Source: Alkalilimnicola ehrlichii MLHE-1 (GTDB lineage Bacteria; Pseudomonadota; Gammaproteobacteria; Nitrococcales; Halorhodospiraceae). Taken from it: a stretch of 32,000 bases of DNA. Positions 16,231-29,253 of the stretch are shown here, in pieces. Within the stretch, counting starts at the first letter, position 1; every line of letters starts with the position of its first letter. Position numbers and translations under genes: made by a program. The notes below the pieces were generated by a model that saw nothing but the letters and a program-made list of their open reading frames with translations, searched no databases and had not been told where the DNA came from. The stretch is from the NCBI RefSeq assembly GCF_000014785.1, contig NC_008340.1, forward strand, positions 420,001 through 452,000, written 5' to 3'.

Positions 16231-18051
16231 ATGCGCGGGAGCAGTGGTAACGCCTACAGCGGCGCGCGGCCTAACTGGGCGATCGTCGCCAGCGTGCTGC
16301 CCTACCTGGCGGAGTTCCGCGGGCGGGCGATCGCCGCCCTGGCCTTTCTGGTGCTGGCCAAGCTGGCCACGGTGGGGGTGCCGGTGGGGCTGAAGTTCCT
16401 GGTGGACTACCTGGACGAGGCCCGCGGGGCGGAGGTGGTCTTCCTGCTGCCCTTCTTCCTGGTGCTGGCCTACGGCCTGCTGCGCTTCGCCTCCACCGCC
16501 TTTCAGGAGCTGCGTGACGCCATCTTCGCCCGGGTGGCGGAGCGGGCCATGCGCCGGGCCTCGCTGCAGGTCTTCCAGCACCTGCACCGGCTGGACCTGG
16601 GCTTTCACCTGGCCCGGCGCACCGGCGCGCTGGCCCGCGACATCGAGCGCGGCACCCGGGGGATGAGCTTCGTGCTGCGCTCGGCGCTGTTCAACATCGT
16701 GCCCACGGGGCTGGAGGTGCTGCTGGTGGCGGGCATTTTGATGGTCGCCTTCCAGGTGCACTTTGTGCTCACCATCGCGGTGGCGGTGGTGTTCTACGTG
16801 ATCTTCTCGCTGTACGTGACCGAGTGGCGCATCCGCTTCGTGCGCGAGGCCAACGAGATGGACAACCGCTCCAACACCCGCTCGGTGGACAGCCTGCTCA
16901 ACTACGAGACGGTGAAGTACTTCGGCGCCGAGCGCTACGAGGCCGAGCGCTACGACCGCGACCTGGATGCCTGGGAGAACGCCCGGGTGAAGAACCGCCT
17001 GTCGCTGGCCGCGCTCAACACCGGGCAGGCGGCCATCATCGCCCTGGCCATGACCGGCATGATGGGCATGGCGGCCTGGCAGGTGATGCACGGCGGGATG
17101 AGTCTGGGCGATCTCACCATGATCAACGCCTTCCTGCTGCAGTTGTTCATCCCGCTCAACAACCTGGGCTTTGTCTACCGCGAGATGCGCGAGTCGCTGA
17201 TCAACATCGAGCGGATGTTCGGGCTGCTGTACCAGCCGCCGCAGGTGGCGGACCGCCTGGATGCGGTGCCGCTGCGGGGCAACGGGGGCGAGGTGGCCTT
17301 CGAGGATGTGCACTTCGGCTACCAGCCGGAACGGCCCATCCTGCACGGGGTGAGCTTCACCGTGCCGCGGGGGCACAAGGTGGCGCTGGTGGGCCCGAGC
17401 GGTGCGGGCAAGTCCACCATTGCCCGGCTGCTCTTCCGCTTTTACGATGTGGACAGCGGCCGCATCCGGGTGAACGGCCAGGACATCCGCGATGTCACCC
17501 AGGAGAGCCTGCGCGCGGCCATCGGCGTGGTGCCGCAGGACACCGTGCTGTTCAACGACACCATCCGCTACAACATCGCCTACGGTAATCCCGAGGCCAC
17601 GGAGGCGCAGATTCTTGATGCCGTGCGCCGGGCCCACCTGGACCACTTCATCGAGCAACTGCCCAACGGGCTGGAGACGGTGGTGGGCGAGCGCGGGTTG
17701 AAGGTCTCCGGCGGTGAGAAGCAGCGCATCGCCATCGCCCGGGTGCTGCTCAAGAACCCGCCGCTGTTGGTGCTGGACGAGGCCACCTCGTCGCTGGATT
17801 CCGCCTCGGAGCAGGCCATCCTCGCCACGTTGCAGGAGGTGGCCGAGGACCGCACCACGCTGGCCATCGCCCACCGGCTCTCCACCATCCGCGATGCCGA
17901 CACCATCCTGGTGCTGGAGGCCGGCCGGGTGGTGGAGCGGGGCAGCCACGACGAGCTGCTGGCCCGGGATGGGCCGTATGCGCGCCTGTGGCACTACCAG
18001 GACCGACAGCAACGGCTGGCCACGAACCAGGAGACGGTGGCCGCACGGTGA
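16231..18051 (+). CDS. ABC transporter, ATM1/ABCB (heavy-metal/mitochondrial-type) half transporter, permease-ATPase fusion
   Basis: N-terminal 6-TM domain with LNYETVKYFGAERYEAERY; Walker A GPSGAGKST, signature VSGGEKQRIAIARVLL, Walker B LLVLDEATSSLD. Confidence 0.93.
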   Translation: MRGSSGNAYSGARPNWAIVASVLPYLAEFRGRAIAALAFLVLAKLATVGVPVGLKFLVDYLDEARGAEVVFLLPFFLVLAYGLLRFASTAFQELRDAIFARVAERAMRRASLQVFQHLHRLDLGFHLARRTGALARDIERGTRGMSFVLRSALFNIVPTGLEVLLVAGILMVAFQVHFVLTIAVAVVFYVIFSLYVTEWRIRFVREANEMDNRSNTRSVDSLLNYETVKYFGAERYEAERYDRDLDAWENARVKNRLSLAALNTGQAAIIALAMTGMMGMAAWQVMHGGMSLGDLTMINAFLLQLFIPLNNLGFVYREMRESLINIERMFGLLYQPPQVADRLDAVPLRGNGGEVAFEDVHFGYQPERPILHGVSFTVPRGHKVALVGPSGAGKSTIARLLFRFYDVDSGRIRVNGQDIRDVTQESLRAAIGVVPQDTVLFNDTIRYNIAYGNPEATEAQILDAVRRAHLDHFIEQLPNGLETVVGERGLKVSGGEKQRIAIARVLLKNPPLLVLDEATSSLDSASEQAILATLQEVAEDRTTLAIAHRLSTIRDADTILVLEAGRVVERGSHDELLARDGPYARLWHYQDRQQRLATNQETVAAR

Positions 18052-18067
18052 CCGCCTCGGCGCCATG

Positions 18068-18098
18068 AAAAAGCCCCGGGCCGTTGACGACCCGGGGC
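18068..18098 (-). terminator. Rho-independent terminator for ectD (minus strand)
   Basis: Stem GCCCCGGG/CCCGGGGC around a 10-nt loop (18073-18098); minus-strand T5 tract at 18072-18068. Confidence 0.75.
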
Positions 18099-18140
18099 GC
18101 AGCGCCTTGGCCGGGCGCGCTCGGGGCGCGCCACGCTCTC

Positions 18141-19049
18141 TTACCGCGGCGGGTCCACCGGCGCCAGCGGGGTGAAGTCGCGGTTGGCCAAGTGCGCCGG
18201 CCGCGGCTCCTGCCCGCTGAAGGGACGATGCGGGGTGTTCTCCACGCTGTTGTAAACGAACATCAGATTGGTGCGCGGGTTGGGCGAGATGTTGTCCGGC
18301 GAGGCGTGCATGATGTTGCCCTCGTGGAAGACCACGGTGCCGGGCTCGCCATAGACCCCCTGGATCTCGCCGCAGCGTTTGGTCAGCCACTCGATGCTCT
18401 CCAGGCTCGGCACGCCGGCCACCTGCTTCTTGAGCGACTGCTCGTAGTTGTTTTCCGGGGTCTCGCCGGCCACCGCCACGTACCAACGGTGCGAACCGGG
18501 GATGACGAACAGCGGGCCGTTGTAGGGCGTGTTGTCGGTCAGCATGACCCAGCCGGTCAGCACCCGGCAGCGGGGCATGCCGTCCTCCACGTGCCAGGTC
18601 TCGAAGTCCGAGTGCCACTGGAAGGACTTGCCCTTGATCGGCGGCTTCACGTTCACCCGCGACTGGTGGACATAGACCTCGCTGTCGAGTAACTGACGGG
18701 CCACGTCCAGCAGCCGGCGGTCGCGGGAGATGCGGTCCACCATGGGGCTGAAGTTCTGGGCGGCGAAGATGGAGCGGACCTCGTCGGAGTCCGGCTCGGT
18801 GACCACCTCCTTGCGGTGGCCCATCTCGCGGCCCAGGCGGCGCACCTCCTCCAGCATCGGCTCGACCACGTCCTTCATCAGCCCGGGCAGCGCGATGAAG
18901 CCGTTCTGCTCGTAGCTGCGGACCTGGTCCTCGGACAGGCTGTACTCGCTGCGGGCAGAGGCATTGCCGAACACCACGGGGTCCTGGCGTTCACCAATGG
19001 CCTCCGCACGCCCCTGGCGGCTGGGATAGAGATCGTTTGGCATCAACAT
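18141..19049 (-). CDS. ectD: Ectoine hydroxylase / phytanoyl-CoA dioxygenase family
   Basis: FQWHSDFETWHVEDGMPRCR, NGPLFVIPGSHRWYVAVAGETPE, NLMFVYNSVENTPHRPF match the EctD signature. Confidence 0.9.
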   Translation of the reverse strand: MLMPNDLYPSRQGRAEAIGERQDPVVFGNASARSEYSLSEDQVRSYEQNGFIALPGLMKDVVEPMLEEVRRLGREMGHRKEVVTEPDSDEVRSIFAAQNFSPMVDRISRDRRLLDVARQLLDSEVYVHQSRVNVKPPIKGKSFQWHSDFETWHVEDGMPRCRVLTGWVMLTDNTPYNGPLFVIPGSHRWYVAVAGETPENNYEQSLKKQVAGVPSLESIEWLTKRCGEIQGVYGEPGTVVFHEGNIMHASPDNISPNPRTNLMFVYNSVENTPHRPFSGQEPRPAHLANRDFTPLAPVDPPR

Positions 19050-19278
19050 AAGGCCTACCTCCTCTTCCAGTTCCCTAGGTCAAGGAGACATGCGCAGACC
19101 GCACCCTGCCGGGTGGCAGGCATGTCTGTTGGCAAATGTCTTAAGGGGCTGCACGACGACCGCGTGCCGCAGGGGCCGGTGGGGGACCGGCCGGACACCC
19201 GAGGGGGGCGGGCGCTCTAGTGCCCCCCTTCGGTGCAGCCACCTATAGATGTAATGGCAGGGTTGGAATTTTTCAACC

Positions 19279-19620
19279 CTATTGGCCGATGGCCAGGTAA
19301 TAGGGCAGCCAGTAGAGCGTGACCACCACCGCGATGGCCACATTGACCAGGATGGCCAGGCGGTAGTGCTGGCGCTGCGGCCCGGCGGTGTCGGTCATGA
19401 AGACGCGGGCCATCAGCGCGTCCAGCAGCATCACCACCACTACCAGCGGTGCCAGCACCGGCGCCAGGAGCGTGGGCACCAGCGCCCAGCCCTCGGTGAT
19501 GATACCGGTCCCGGGTTCGGGGCGCAGCACCAGGCAGAGCAGCGCGCAGAGCATCAGAAACCAGCGCATGCTGCCCAGGGCGATCAGGCGTTGTGAGAGC
19601 GGGGCGAGGGTGGTGCTCAT
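19279..19620 (-). CDS. Hypothetical membrane protein (113 aa, about three TM segments)
   Basis: Hydrophobic ORF (FLMLCALLCLVL, APLVVVVMLLDALM, LAILVNVAIAVVVTLYWLPYYL). Confidence 0.6.
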   Translation of the reverse strand: MSTTLAPLSQRLIALGSMRWFLMLCALLCLVLRPEPGTGIITEGWALVPTLLAPVLAPLVVVVMLLDALMARVFMTDTAGPQRQHYRLAILVNVAIAVVVTLYWLPYYLAIGQ

Positions 19621-19837
19621 CCAGGTCCTCCCGGTGGGGTCGCATCCCTGTTTTTAGATGGGGTGGCGGTCGGCCGCAAGTCCCGGCGGGGCCGGATGGG
19701 GCGGGCTCACCCCGGAGGATACCTTAGCGCTTGGCTTGGGTTTGTGGAAACGGGCGCTGGCGGTTAAGCTACCGGGTTACTTCCGCTTTCCCGGTTCCGG
19801 GGCCCGACCCGCTCTCGAACGACACCACGGTGATGCC

Positions 19838-21184
19838 ATGACTGGTCGCGTATACGTCAAGACGCACGGCTGCCAGATGAATGAGTACGACTCCGACAAG
19901 ATGGCCGATGTGCTGGTCAAGGAACGGGGCTATACCCGTGTGGACAGTCCGGGCGATGCCGATGTGATCCTGCTCAACACTTGTTCGGTGCGGGAGAAGG
20001 CGCAGGAGAAGGTCTTTTCCGAGCTGGGCCGGTGGAAGGACTACAAGACCCGAAACGGTGCCGTGATCGGTGTCGGCGGCTGTGTCGCCAGTCAGGAGGG
20101 CGAGGCCATCGTCCAGCGCGCGCCGCACGTGGACGTGGTCTTCGGCCCGCAGACCCTGCACCGGCTGCCGGAGATGATCGACCGCGCCCGGGACGGTGGC
20201 CGTTCCGTCGTCGACGTCTCCTTCCCCGAGATCGAGAAGTTCGACCGCCTGCCCGAGCCCCGCGCCGAGGGCCCCACGGCCTTTGTCTCCATCATGGAGG
20301 GCTGCAGCAAGTACTGCTCCTTCTGCGTGGTGCCCTACACCCGCGGCGAGGAGATCAGCCGGCCCTTCGAGGACGTGATCGCCGAGGTGGCCAGCCTGGC
20401 CGAGCAGGGCGTGCGCGAGGTGACCCTGCTGGGGCAGAACGTTAATGCCTACCGCGGCCCCATGGCCGACGGCACCGTCTGCGACCTGGCCCTGCTGATC
20501 CACTACGTGGCGGCGTTGGACGGTATCGGCCGGATCCGTTTCACCACCTCGCACCCGGTGGAGTTCTCCGACAGCCTGATCGAGGCCTATCGCGAGGAGC
20601 CGAAACTGGCCGGCCACCTGCACCTGCCGGTGCAGAGCGGCTCCGATTTGGTGCTCAAGCTGATGAAGCGCGGCCACACCGCCGCCGAGTACCTGGACAA
20701 GATCGAGCGCATCAAGGCCGCGCGTCCCGGGATCAGCATCGCCTCCGACTTCATTGTCGGCTACCCCGGTGAGAGCGAGGCCGATTTCGAGGACACCCTG
20801 CGGCTGATCGAGGCGGTGGGTTTCGATCAGTCCTTCAGCTTCCTCTACAGCCCGCGCCCCGGCACCCCGGCGGCCTCCCTGTCCGACAGCACGCCGGCGG
20901 AGGTCAAGCGCGAACGGCTCTACCGGCTGCAGGAGACCATCAACGCCAACGCCCGGCGCATCAGCGAGTCCATGGTGGGCACGGTGCAGCGGGTGCTGGT
21001 GGATGGCCGCTCGCGCAAGGACCCCAACGAGATCTCCGGGCGCACCGAGAACAACCGGGTGGTGAACTTCGCCGGCCATCCGCGGCTGATCGGGCACTTC
21101 GTCGAGGTGCGCATCACTGAGGCCAAGCCCAATTCCCTGCGCGGCGAGCTGCTGGGCCTGGACGACGACATGGCCGCCGCCTGA
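19838..21184 (+). CDS. miaB: tRNA-2-methylthio-N6-dimethylallyladenosine synthase
   Basis: [22 protein letters not shown], radical [24 protein letters not shown] domain C-terminus; start reassigned to the ATG at 19838. Confidence 0.96.
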   Translation: MTGRVYVKTHGCQMNEYDSDKMADVLVKERGYTRVDSPGDADVILLNTCSVREKAQEKVFSELGRWKDYKTRNGAVIGVGGCVASQEGEAIVQRAPHVDVVFGPQTLHRLPEMIDRARDGGRSVVDVSFPEIEKFDRLPEPRAEGPTAFVSIMEGCSKYCSFCVVPYTRGEEISRPFEDVIAEVASLAEQGVREVTLLGQNVNAYRGPMADGTVCDLALLIHYVAALDGIGRIRFTTSHPVEFSDSLIEAYREEPKLAGHLHLPVQSGSDLVLKLMKRGHTAAEYLDKIERIKAARPGISIASDFIVGYPGESEADFEDTLRLIEAVGFDQSFSFLYSPRPGTPAASLSDSTPAEVKRERLYRLQETINANARRISESMVGTVQRVLVDGRSRKDPNEISGRTENNRVVNFAGHPRLIGHFVEVRITEAKPNSLRGELLGLDDDMAAA

Positions 21185-21302
21185 GCCCCGCTGGCCGGCC
21201 ATGGCGCCGTCACCGTATCGTCACGTTCGCCTCCGTTCCACACACCCGGCCGTTGCGCTAGGCTAGCGGTAAGCAAACCAATAACCCGCCGGACCCCGGG
21301 CC

Positions 21303-22334
21303 ATGGGCCTCGGGGCCCGGCCCTGCCGAGAGACAGTAGACGCCAAATTGAGTAATCGTCCGCAAGCCCTCGATTTTGACCTGGAGCCCGCCGACAACGA
21401 GCGCCTGGCGCGTCTGTGCGGGCAATTCGACGAGAATATCCGCCAGGTGGAGCGCCGCCTGGGGGTGGAGATCCGCAACAACGGCCATCACTTCCGCGTT
21501 ATCGGCAACGGCGACTCCGTGGCCGCCGCCGAGCGTGTCCTGCACGAACTCTACGACGACTCGGCCCGCAAGCTGATCGAGCCCGAGGCGGTGCATCTGT
21601 GCATCCAGGATGTGGGGGTGGAGGACGAGCCCGAGGCCGTCGAGACCGACGAGGAGGAGGCGGCGGACAAGGAAGGCGAGGTGATCATCCGCACCCGCAA
21701 GGCGCAGGTCCGGGGCCGTGGCCCCAACCAACGTGCCTACCTGCGCCGGGTGCTCACCCACGACCTCAACTTCGGTGTCGGCCCCGCCGGCACCGGCAAG
21801 ACCTATCTGGCCGTGGCCTGCGCCGTGCAGGCGCTGGAGGCGGACGAGGTGCGCCGGGTGGTGCTGGTGCGCCCGGCGGTGGAGGCCGGCGAGCGCCTCG
21901 GTTTCCTGCCCGGCGATATGGCCCAGAAGGTGGACCCCTACCTGCGCCCGCTCTACGACGCCCTGTTCGAGATGCTGGGTTTCGAGCGGGTGGGTCGGCT
22001 GATCGAGCGGGGGGTGATCGAGATCGCCCCGCTCGCCTTCATGCGCGGGCGCACCCTCAACCACAGCTTCATCATCCTGGACGAGGCCCAGAACGCCACC
22101 GTCGAGCAGATGAAGATGTTCCTCACCCGCATCGGCTTCGGTTCCACCGCCGTGGTCACCGGCGATGTCACCCAGATCGACCTGCCCCGGGACAAGCCCT
22201 CGGGGCTGCGCGACGCGGTGGACGTGCTGCGGGATGTGGACGGCGTCAGCTTCACCTTCTTCACCGCCCGCGACGTGGTGCGCCACGCGTTGGTGCAGCG
22301 TATCGTGCAGGCCTATGACAGCCGCAGTGAATGA
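21303..22334 (+). CDS. ybeZ: PhoH-like ATPase (YbeZ); a TTG at 21348 is an alternative start
   Basis: [48 protein letters not shown]. Confidence 0.95.
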   Translation: MGLGARPCRETVDAKLSNRPQALDFDLEPADNERLARLCGQFDENIRQVERRLGVEIRNNGHHFRVIGNGDSVAAAERVLHELYDDSARKLIEPEAVHLCIQDVGVEDEPEAVETDEEEAADKEGEVIIRTRKAQVRGRGPNQRAYLRRVLTHDLNFGVGPAGTGKTYLAVACAVQALEADEVRRVVLVRPAVEAGERLGFLPGDMAQKVDPYLRPLYDALFEMLGFERVGRLIERGVIEIAPLAFMRGRTLNHSFIILDEAQNATVEQMKMFLTRIGFGSTAVVTGDVTQIDLPRDKPSGLRDAVDVLRDVDGVSFTFFTARDVVRHALVQRIVQAYDSRSE

Positions 22335-22815
22335 CGCCCCCGCCCTGGACCTGGAGGTCCAGTATGTGGTGGCGTGGCGGGCCGGGTTGCCACCGGAGGC
22401 GGCGTTCCGCCGTTGGGTGAGCGCGGCCCTGGCGGCCGGGGGGCACACGGGCCCCGCGGCGCTGGCGGTCCGGGTGGTGGACAAGGCCGAGGGCCGCCGG
22501 CTCAATCACGATTACCGGGGCAGGGACTACCCGACCAACGTGCTCTCCTTCCCCTTTGAGGCGCCCCCGGGGCTGGACGAGCCCTTGCCCGAGCTGGGCG
22601 ATCTGGTGATCTGCGCCCCGGTGGTGGAGCGGGAGGCCCGCGAGCAGGGCAAGCCCGAGGCCGATCACTGGGCCCACCTGGTGGTCCACGGCGTGTTGCA
22701 CCTGCTGGGCTACGATCACGAGGCGGCGGAGGAGGCCGAGGCGATGGAGGGGCTGGAGCGGCGGATCCTGGCCGGCCTGGGTATTGCCGACCCCTACCGC
22801 CTTGACGAACAATAA
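22327..22815 (+). CDS. ybeY: rRNA maturation RNase YbeY (GTG start overlapping the phoH stop)
   Basis: [25 protein letters not shown] zinc motif; frame-consistent GTG at 22327. Confidence 0.94.
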   Translation: MNDAPALDLEVQYVVAWRAGLPPEAAFRRWVSAALAAGGHTGPAALAVRVVDKAEGRRLNHDYRGRDYPTNVLSFPFEAPPGLDEPLPELGDLVICAPVVEREAREQGKPEADHWAHLVVHGVLHLLGYDHEAAEEAEAMEGLERRILAGLGIADPYRLDEQ

Positions 22816-22824
22816 CCCGGCCCG

Positions 22825-22866
22825 CCATTGCCTGATGGGTTGCACCCGCGTCCCATCAGGCAATGG
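22825..22866. repeat. 15-bp perfect inverted repeat with 12-nt loop (ybeY-corC intergenic)
   Basis: CCATTGCCTGATGGG ... CCCATCAGGCAATGG at 22825-22839 and 22852-22866. Confidence 0.95.
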
Positions 22867-22896
22867 ACGGCTTCCCCGGCAACCTGAAATGGCCTG

Positions 22897-23772
22897 ATGA
22901 GCGAGGACGAATCGACCCCTTCCCAGTACCCGCGACGATGGCTGGATCGCATCGCCCAGGTGCTCTCGGGCGAACCCCGCGACCGCGATGACCTGCTGGA
23001 GGTCTTGCGGGACGCCCACGACCGCGGCCTGATGGATGCCGATGGCCTGGCCATGATCGAGGGGGTGTTGCACGTCTCGGAGCTGCAGGCGCGCGACATC
23101 ATGATCCCCCGGTCGCAGGTCACGGTGCTGCCCCGGGACATGCCGCCCCGCGAGATGCTGCCGACGGTGGTGCGCACCGGCTACTCCCGCTTTCCGGTCA
23201 CCGGCGAGAGCCGGGATGATGTGATCGGCATCCTGTTGGCCAAGGACATGCTGCGTTGCTTCATGGAGGAGGGGGAGGACTTCCGGCCCCGGGAGGTGTT
23301 GCGCCCGCCCATGTTCATCCCCGAGTCCAAGCGCCTGGACGCCCTGCTCAAGCTGTTCCGCGAGGCCCGCAACCACATGTCCATCGTGGTGGATGAATAC
23401 GGCGGTCTGGCCGGGATCGTCACCATCGAGGATGTCATCGAGCAGATCGTGGGCGATATCGACGACGAGCACGACTACAACGAGGACACCGCCATTCTCA
23501 CCCACGATGACGGCTCCAGCATCGTCAAGGCGCTGACCCCGGTGGAGGATTTCAACGAGCATTTCGGTCTCGAGCTGCCCGATGACGAGTTCGATACCAT
23601 CGGCGGCCTGGTGGCCGGTCGTCTCGGCCACGTCCCCCATCGCGACGAGGTGCTGGAGCTGGACGGCCTGACGGTAAAGGTCGTTCGGGCTGACAAGCGG
23701 CGGGTGCACCTGTTGAAGGTCTATCGCGCCGAGCGGGACGGGGCCCCGACGGACGGGACCGGCGCCGGCTGA
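22897..23772 (+). CDS. corC: Magnesium/cobalt efflux protein CorC (YbeX), CBS pair and CorC_HlyC domains
   Basis: SELQARDIMIPRSQV, DEYGGLAGIVTIEDVIEQIVGDIDDEHD. Confidence 0.95.
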   Translation: MSEDESTPSQYPRRWLDRIAQVLSGEPRDRDDLLEVLRDAHDRGLMDADGLAMIEGVLHVSELQARDIMIPRSQVTVLPRDMPPREMLPTVVRTGYSRFPVTGESRDDVIGILLAKDMLRCFMEEGEDFRPREVLRPPMFIPESKRLDALLKLFREARNHMSIVVDEYGGLAGIVTIEDVIEQIVGDIDDEHDYNEDTAILTHDDGSSIVKALTPVEDFNEHFGLELPDDEFDTIGGLVAGRLGHVPHRDEVLELDGLTVKVVRADKRRVHLLKVYRAERDGAPTDGTGAG

Positions 23773-23774
23773 TT

Positions 23775-25292
23775 ATGGGGGGATTGCACGCCCTGGGCCG
23801 CCACCCGCGGCTGGCCGCCCTGCTGGCTCTGGTGGCCGGCGCCGCCCTGCCACTGGCCTTCGCGCCGCTGGGCTGGTGGCCGCTGGCGCTGCTCTCGCCG
23901 GTGGTGCTCTTTCTGCTGGCGGCGGAGCTCCCGGCCCGCGCGGCCCGCTGGGCCGCCTGGTGCTACGGCATCGGCTATTTCGGCGCCGGGGTCTCCTGGG
24001 TCTATGTCAGCATCCACCAGTTCGGCGGCGCGCCGCCGCTGCTGGCGGGCCTTACCACCGCCGCCTTCGTCCTCGCCCTGGCGCTGTTCCCGGTCCTGCT
24101 GGTGGAGTCGGCCCGCCGGCTGGCCCGGCCCGGCGGGGCCGCCCACCTGTGGCTGGCGCTGCCCGCCGTGTGGGTGGCCCTGGAATGGCTGCGGGGCTGG
24201 CTGTTCACCGGCTTCCCCTGGTTGCTGTTGGGGTACAGCCAGTTGGACACCCCCTGGGTGGGTTGGGCGCCGGTGTTCGGCGTGCTGGGGATGAGCGCCT
24301 GGCTGGCGCTGCTGGCCGGCGGCCTGGCCTGCGCCCTGCGCCGGCCGCAGTCGCCCCGGCACTGGGGGGTGGTGGCCGGCCTGGCGGTCGCCTTCGGCGT
24401 CGGCGGTTGGGCGCTGGACCGGGAGTGGACCGCGCCGGCGGGTGAGCCGCTGCGGGTGGCCATGGTCCAGGGCAACATGGGCCAGGACATCAAGTGGCTG
24501 CCGGAGTATCTGGTGCCCACCCTGGAGCGTTACCGCGACCGCACCCTGCCCCACGCCGGGGTGGCGGACGTGGTGATCTGGCCCGAGACCGCCGTGCCGG
24601 CCTTTCTCCACCAGGTGGACGAGGACTGGCTGTCACCCCTGGCCGACGCGCTGCGTGCCCAGGGCACCGAGCTGGTGGTGGGGCTGCCCGTCTACGCGTC
24701 CGACCGCGACGCCATTTACAACAGCCTGGTGGCCTTTGGCGAGACGCGGCAGGCCTACCATAAGCACCATCTGGTGCCCTTTGGGGAGTACGTGCCGCTG
24801 CGCGATTGGCTGGGCGGCACCCTCGATGTGCTGGGGGCACCGCTGGCCGATTTCACCCGCGGGCCGCGCCCGGTGCCCCTGACGGTGCAGGGTCAGCCCG
24901 TGGGGGTGGCCATCTGCTACGAGGTGGTCTATGGCGCCACCATCGCCCGGTTGGCCCGGGAGTCGCGCTGGCTGGTCAATGTCTCCAACGACGCCTGGTT
25001 CGGCCAGTCCCTGGCCCCGCACCAGCATTTGCAAAAGGCGCGTTGGCGGGCGCGTGAGGTGGAGCGGCCCATGGTCCGGGCCACCAACACCGGGATCTCG
25101 GCCTTCATCGACCACGACGGCGGGGTGGCGGAGCGCCTGCCCCGCCTGGCGCTGGCCGACGCCGCCCAGCCGGTCCAGGGCCGGGACGGCCTCACCCCCT
25201 ACGCCCGCTGGCTCAACGGGCCGGTGGTGGGGCTGGTACTGCTGGTGATGGCCGGCCTCGCCGGATGGCGCTGGTGGCGCCGCCCGGGCTGA
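23775..25292 (+). CDS. lnt: Apolipoprotein N-acyltransferase
   Basis: PLAFAPLGWWPLALLSP, VWPETAVPAFL, HLVPFGEYVPLRDW, CYEVVYGATIARLAR, NVSNDAWFG. Confidence 0.95.
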   Translation: MGGLHALGRHPRLAALLALVAGAALPLAFAPLGWWPLALLSPVVLFLLAAELPARAARWAAWCYGIGYFGAGVSWVYVSIHQFGGAPPLLAGLTTAAFVLALALFPVLLVESARRLARPGGAAHLWLALPAVWVALEWLRGWLFTGFPWLLLGYSQLDTPWVGWAPVFGVLGMSAWLALLAGGLACALRRPQSPRHWGVVAGLAVAFGVGGWALDREWTAPAGEPLRVAMVQGNMGQDIKWLPEYLVPTLERYRDRTLPHAGVADVVIWPETAVPAFLHQVDEDWLSPLADALRAQGTELVVGLPVYASDRDAIYNSLVAFGETRQAYHKHHLVPFGEYVPLRDWLGGTLDVLGAPLADFTRGPRPVPLTVQGQPVGVAICYEVVYGATIARLARESRWLVNVSNDAWFGQSLAPHQHLQKARWRAREVERPMVRATNTGISAFIDHDGGVAERLPRLALADAAQPVQGRDGLTPYARWLNGPVVGLVLLVMAGLAGWRWWRRPG

Positions 25293-25335
25293 GGCGGTGT
25301 CCGGGGCGGCCGGCGCGGTGGCCGGCCGGGTGGGG

Positions 25336-25887
25336 TCAGTTCGCGTTCTTCTCCTCCTCCTGCTCCTCTTGGTCCCAGCCGGTGCGGCGCACAAAGCGTG
25401 TGCCGTGACAGGCCGGGCAGGGGGGGACGTGGCCCGTCTGGCTGAAAGTCATGTTGCGCCCGCATTCCTGGCATTCGAGCACCCCGGGGCCGGTGATCTC
25501 CCCGGTGCGGTATTCCTCGCGCACGTGGCCGGTGCGCTGGAACTCCAGCCACTCCACCCGGGTGCGGTCGGCCACCGAGGAGAAGGCGTCCCAGAGCCAG
25601 TTCTCCAGCAGTTGCAGGTCCATCTGGAACCAGCCGCGCAGGTCGCGCTCGTCGGTGTGGGCCAGGAAGCGCCCGGCCTCCTCCACGTCGCGGCGCAGGT
25701 ACTCGGCAATGTTCTCCGCCTCGTCGCGGGTGAGCTCGCCCAGTTCCACCGCCTGCTCCTTGGCCCATTGGAGCGCATCGGCCACGCTGTGCCGGTCACC
25801 CTTGATGCGCTCGCGGATGCGATCCAGCATGCGATCGTAGCCGCGCAGCAGGTGCTGTTGCTCTTCTTTTTTCTGTTCGTCGTTCAT
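25336..25887 (-). CDS. Zinc ribbon-containing protein (YbeL/DUF1451-like), 183 aa
   Basis: From MNDEQKKEEQQHLLRGYDRML...; ends in LECQECGRNMTFSQTGHVPPCPACHGTRFVRR. Confidence 0.88.
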   Translation of the reverse strand: MNDEQKKEEQQHLLRGYDRMLDRIRERIKGDRHSVADALQWAKEQAVELGELTRDEAENIAEYLRRDVEEAGRFLAHTDERDLRGWFQMDLQLLENWLWDAFSSVADRTRVEWLEFQRTGHVREEYRTGEITGPGVLECQECGRNMTFSQTGHVPPCPACHGTRFVRRTGWDQEEQEEEKNAN

Positions 25888-26053
25888 GGCCGCGCTCCGT
25901 TGTCTGGCTCGTTCACCCCATTTAAACGCGTGTGGCCCGGCTTGGCCAGCCGCCGGGCGGCTCGGTGGAGTGTCGCCGCCCCCTGCGGTATCCTTGCGGG
26001 TTTCCCGGGGCGCGCCGCCGCGCCCGCAACCCGCCAACCGTTCAACGTGATAA

Positions 26054-28654
<2,601 letters not shown>

Positions 28655-28690
28655 CCCGCCGGCGCCGCGGCGCCACGCCACCACCGACCC

Positions 28691-29251
28691 ATGCCCATGG
28701 GGGGAAGGAGAATGAACCGCCCGGCAACGCTTGGAATGGCCCTGCTGCTGGCCCTGCTGCTCAGCGCCTGCGGCTGGCAACTGCGCGGCGTTGGCGGCGG
28801 TGCCGCCGGTCTTGATGGCACCGCGGTCTACGTGGCCGGCAGCCCGGCGCGGGCGTTGCAGGACGCCGTGGACGAGGGCCTGTCGGTGAGCGGCGCGCGG
28901 CAGGTGGATAGCGCGGAGGCCGCCGACCTGGTGCTGCGCATCGTCGGCGACGCCCGCGAGCGGCGGACCCTGACCGTGGACCGCGATATCCGCGCGCGGG
29001 AGTACGAACTGCGTTACCGCCTGACCTTCGAACTGGACAACGCCGACGGCGAACACCTGCTGGCACGCAGCCAGGTCAACGCCGTCCGCGGCTTCCGCGC
29101 CGATCGGGACGACCCGGTGGGCACCGAGGGGCGTGAGGAGGAGTTGCTCATCGACCTGCGCCGGGACGCCGTGCGCCTGATGCTGCTGCAGGTCGCGGCC
29201 CACCGGGACGCCGAGCCGATCACCGACGACAACGCCGCAGCGGCGGACTGA
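28691..29251 (+). CDS. lptE: LPS-assembly lipoprotein LptE
   Basis: Signal peptide with lipobox LLLSACGWQLRG; between leuS and holA. Confidence 0.9.
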   Translation: MPMGGRRMNRPATLGMALLLALLLSACGWQLRGVGGGAAGLDGTAVYVAGSPARALQDAVDEGLSVSGARQVDSAEAADLVLRIVGDARERRTLTVDRDIRAREYELRYRLTFELDNADGEHLLARSQVNAVRGFRADRDDPVGTEGREEELLIDLRRDAVRLMLLQVAAHRDAEPITDDNAAAAD

Positions 29252-29253
29252 CC

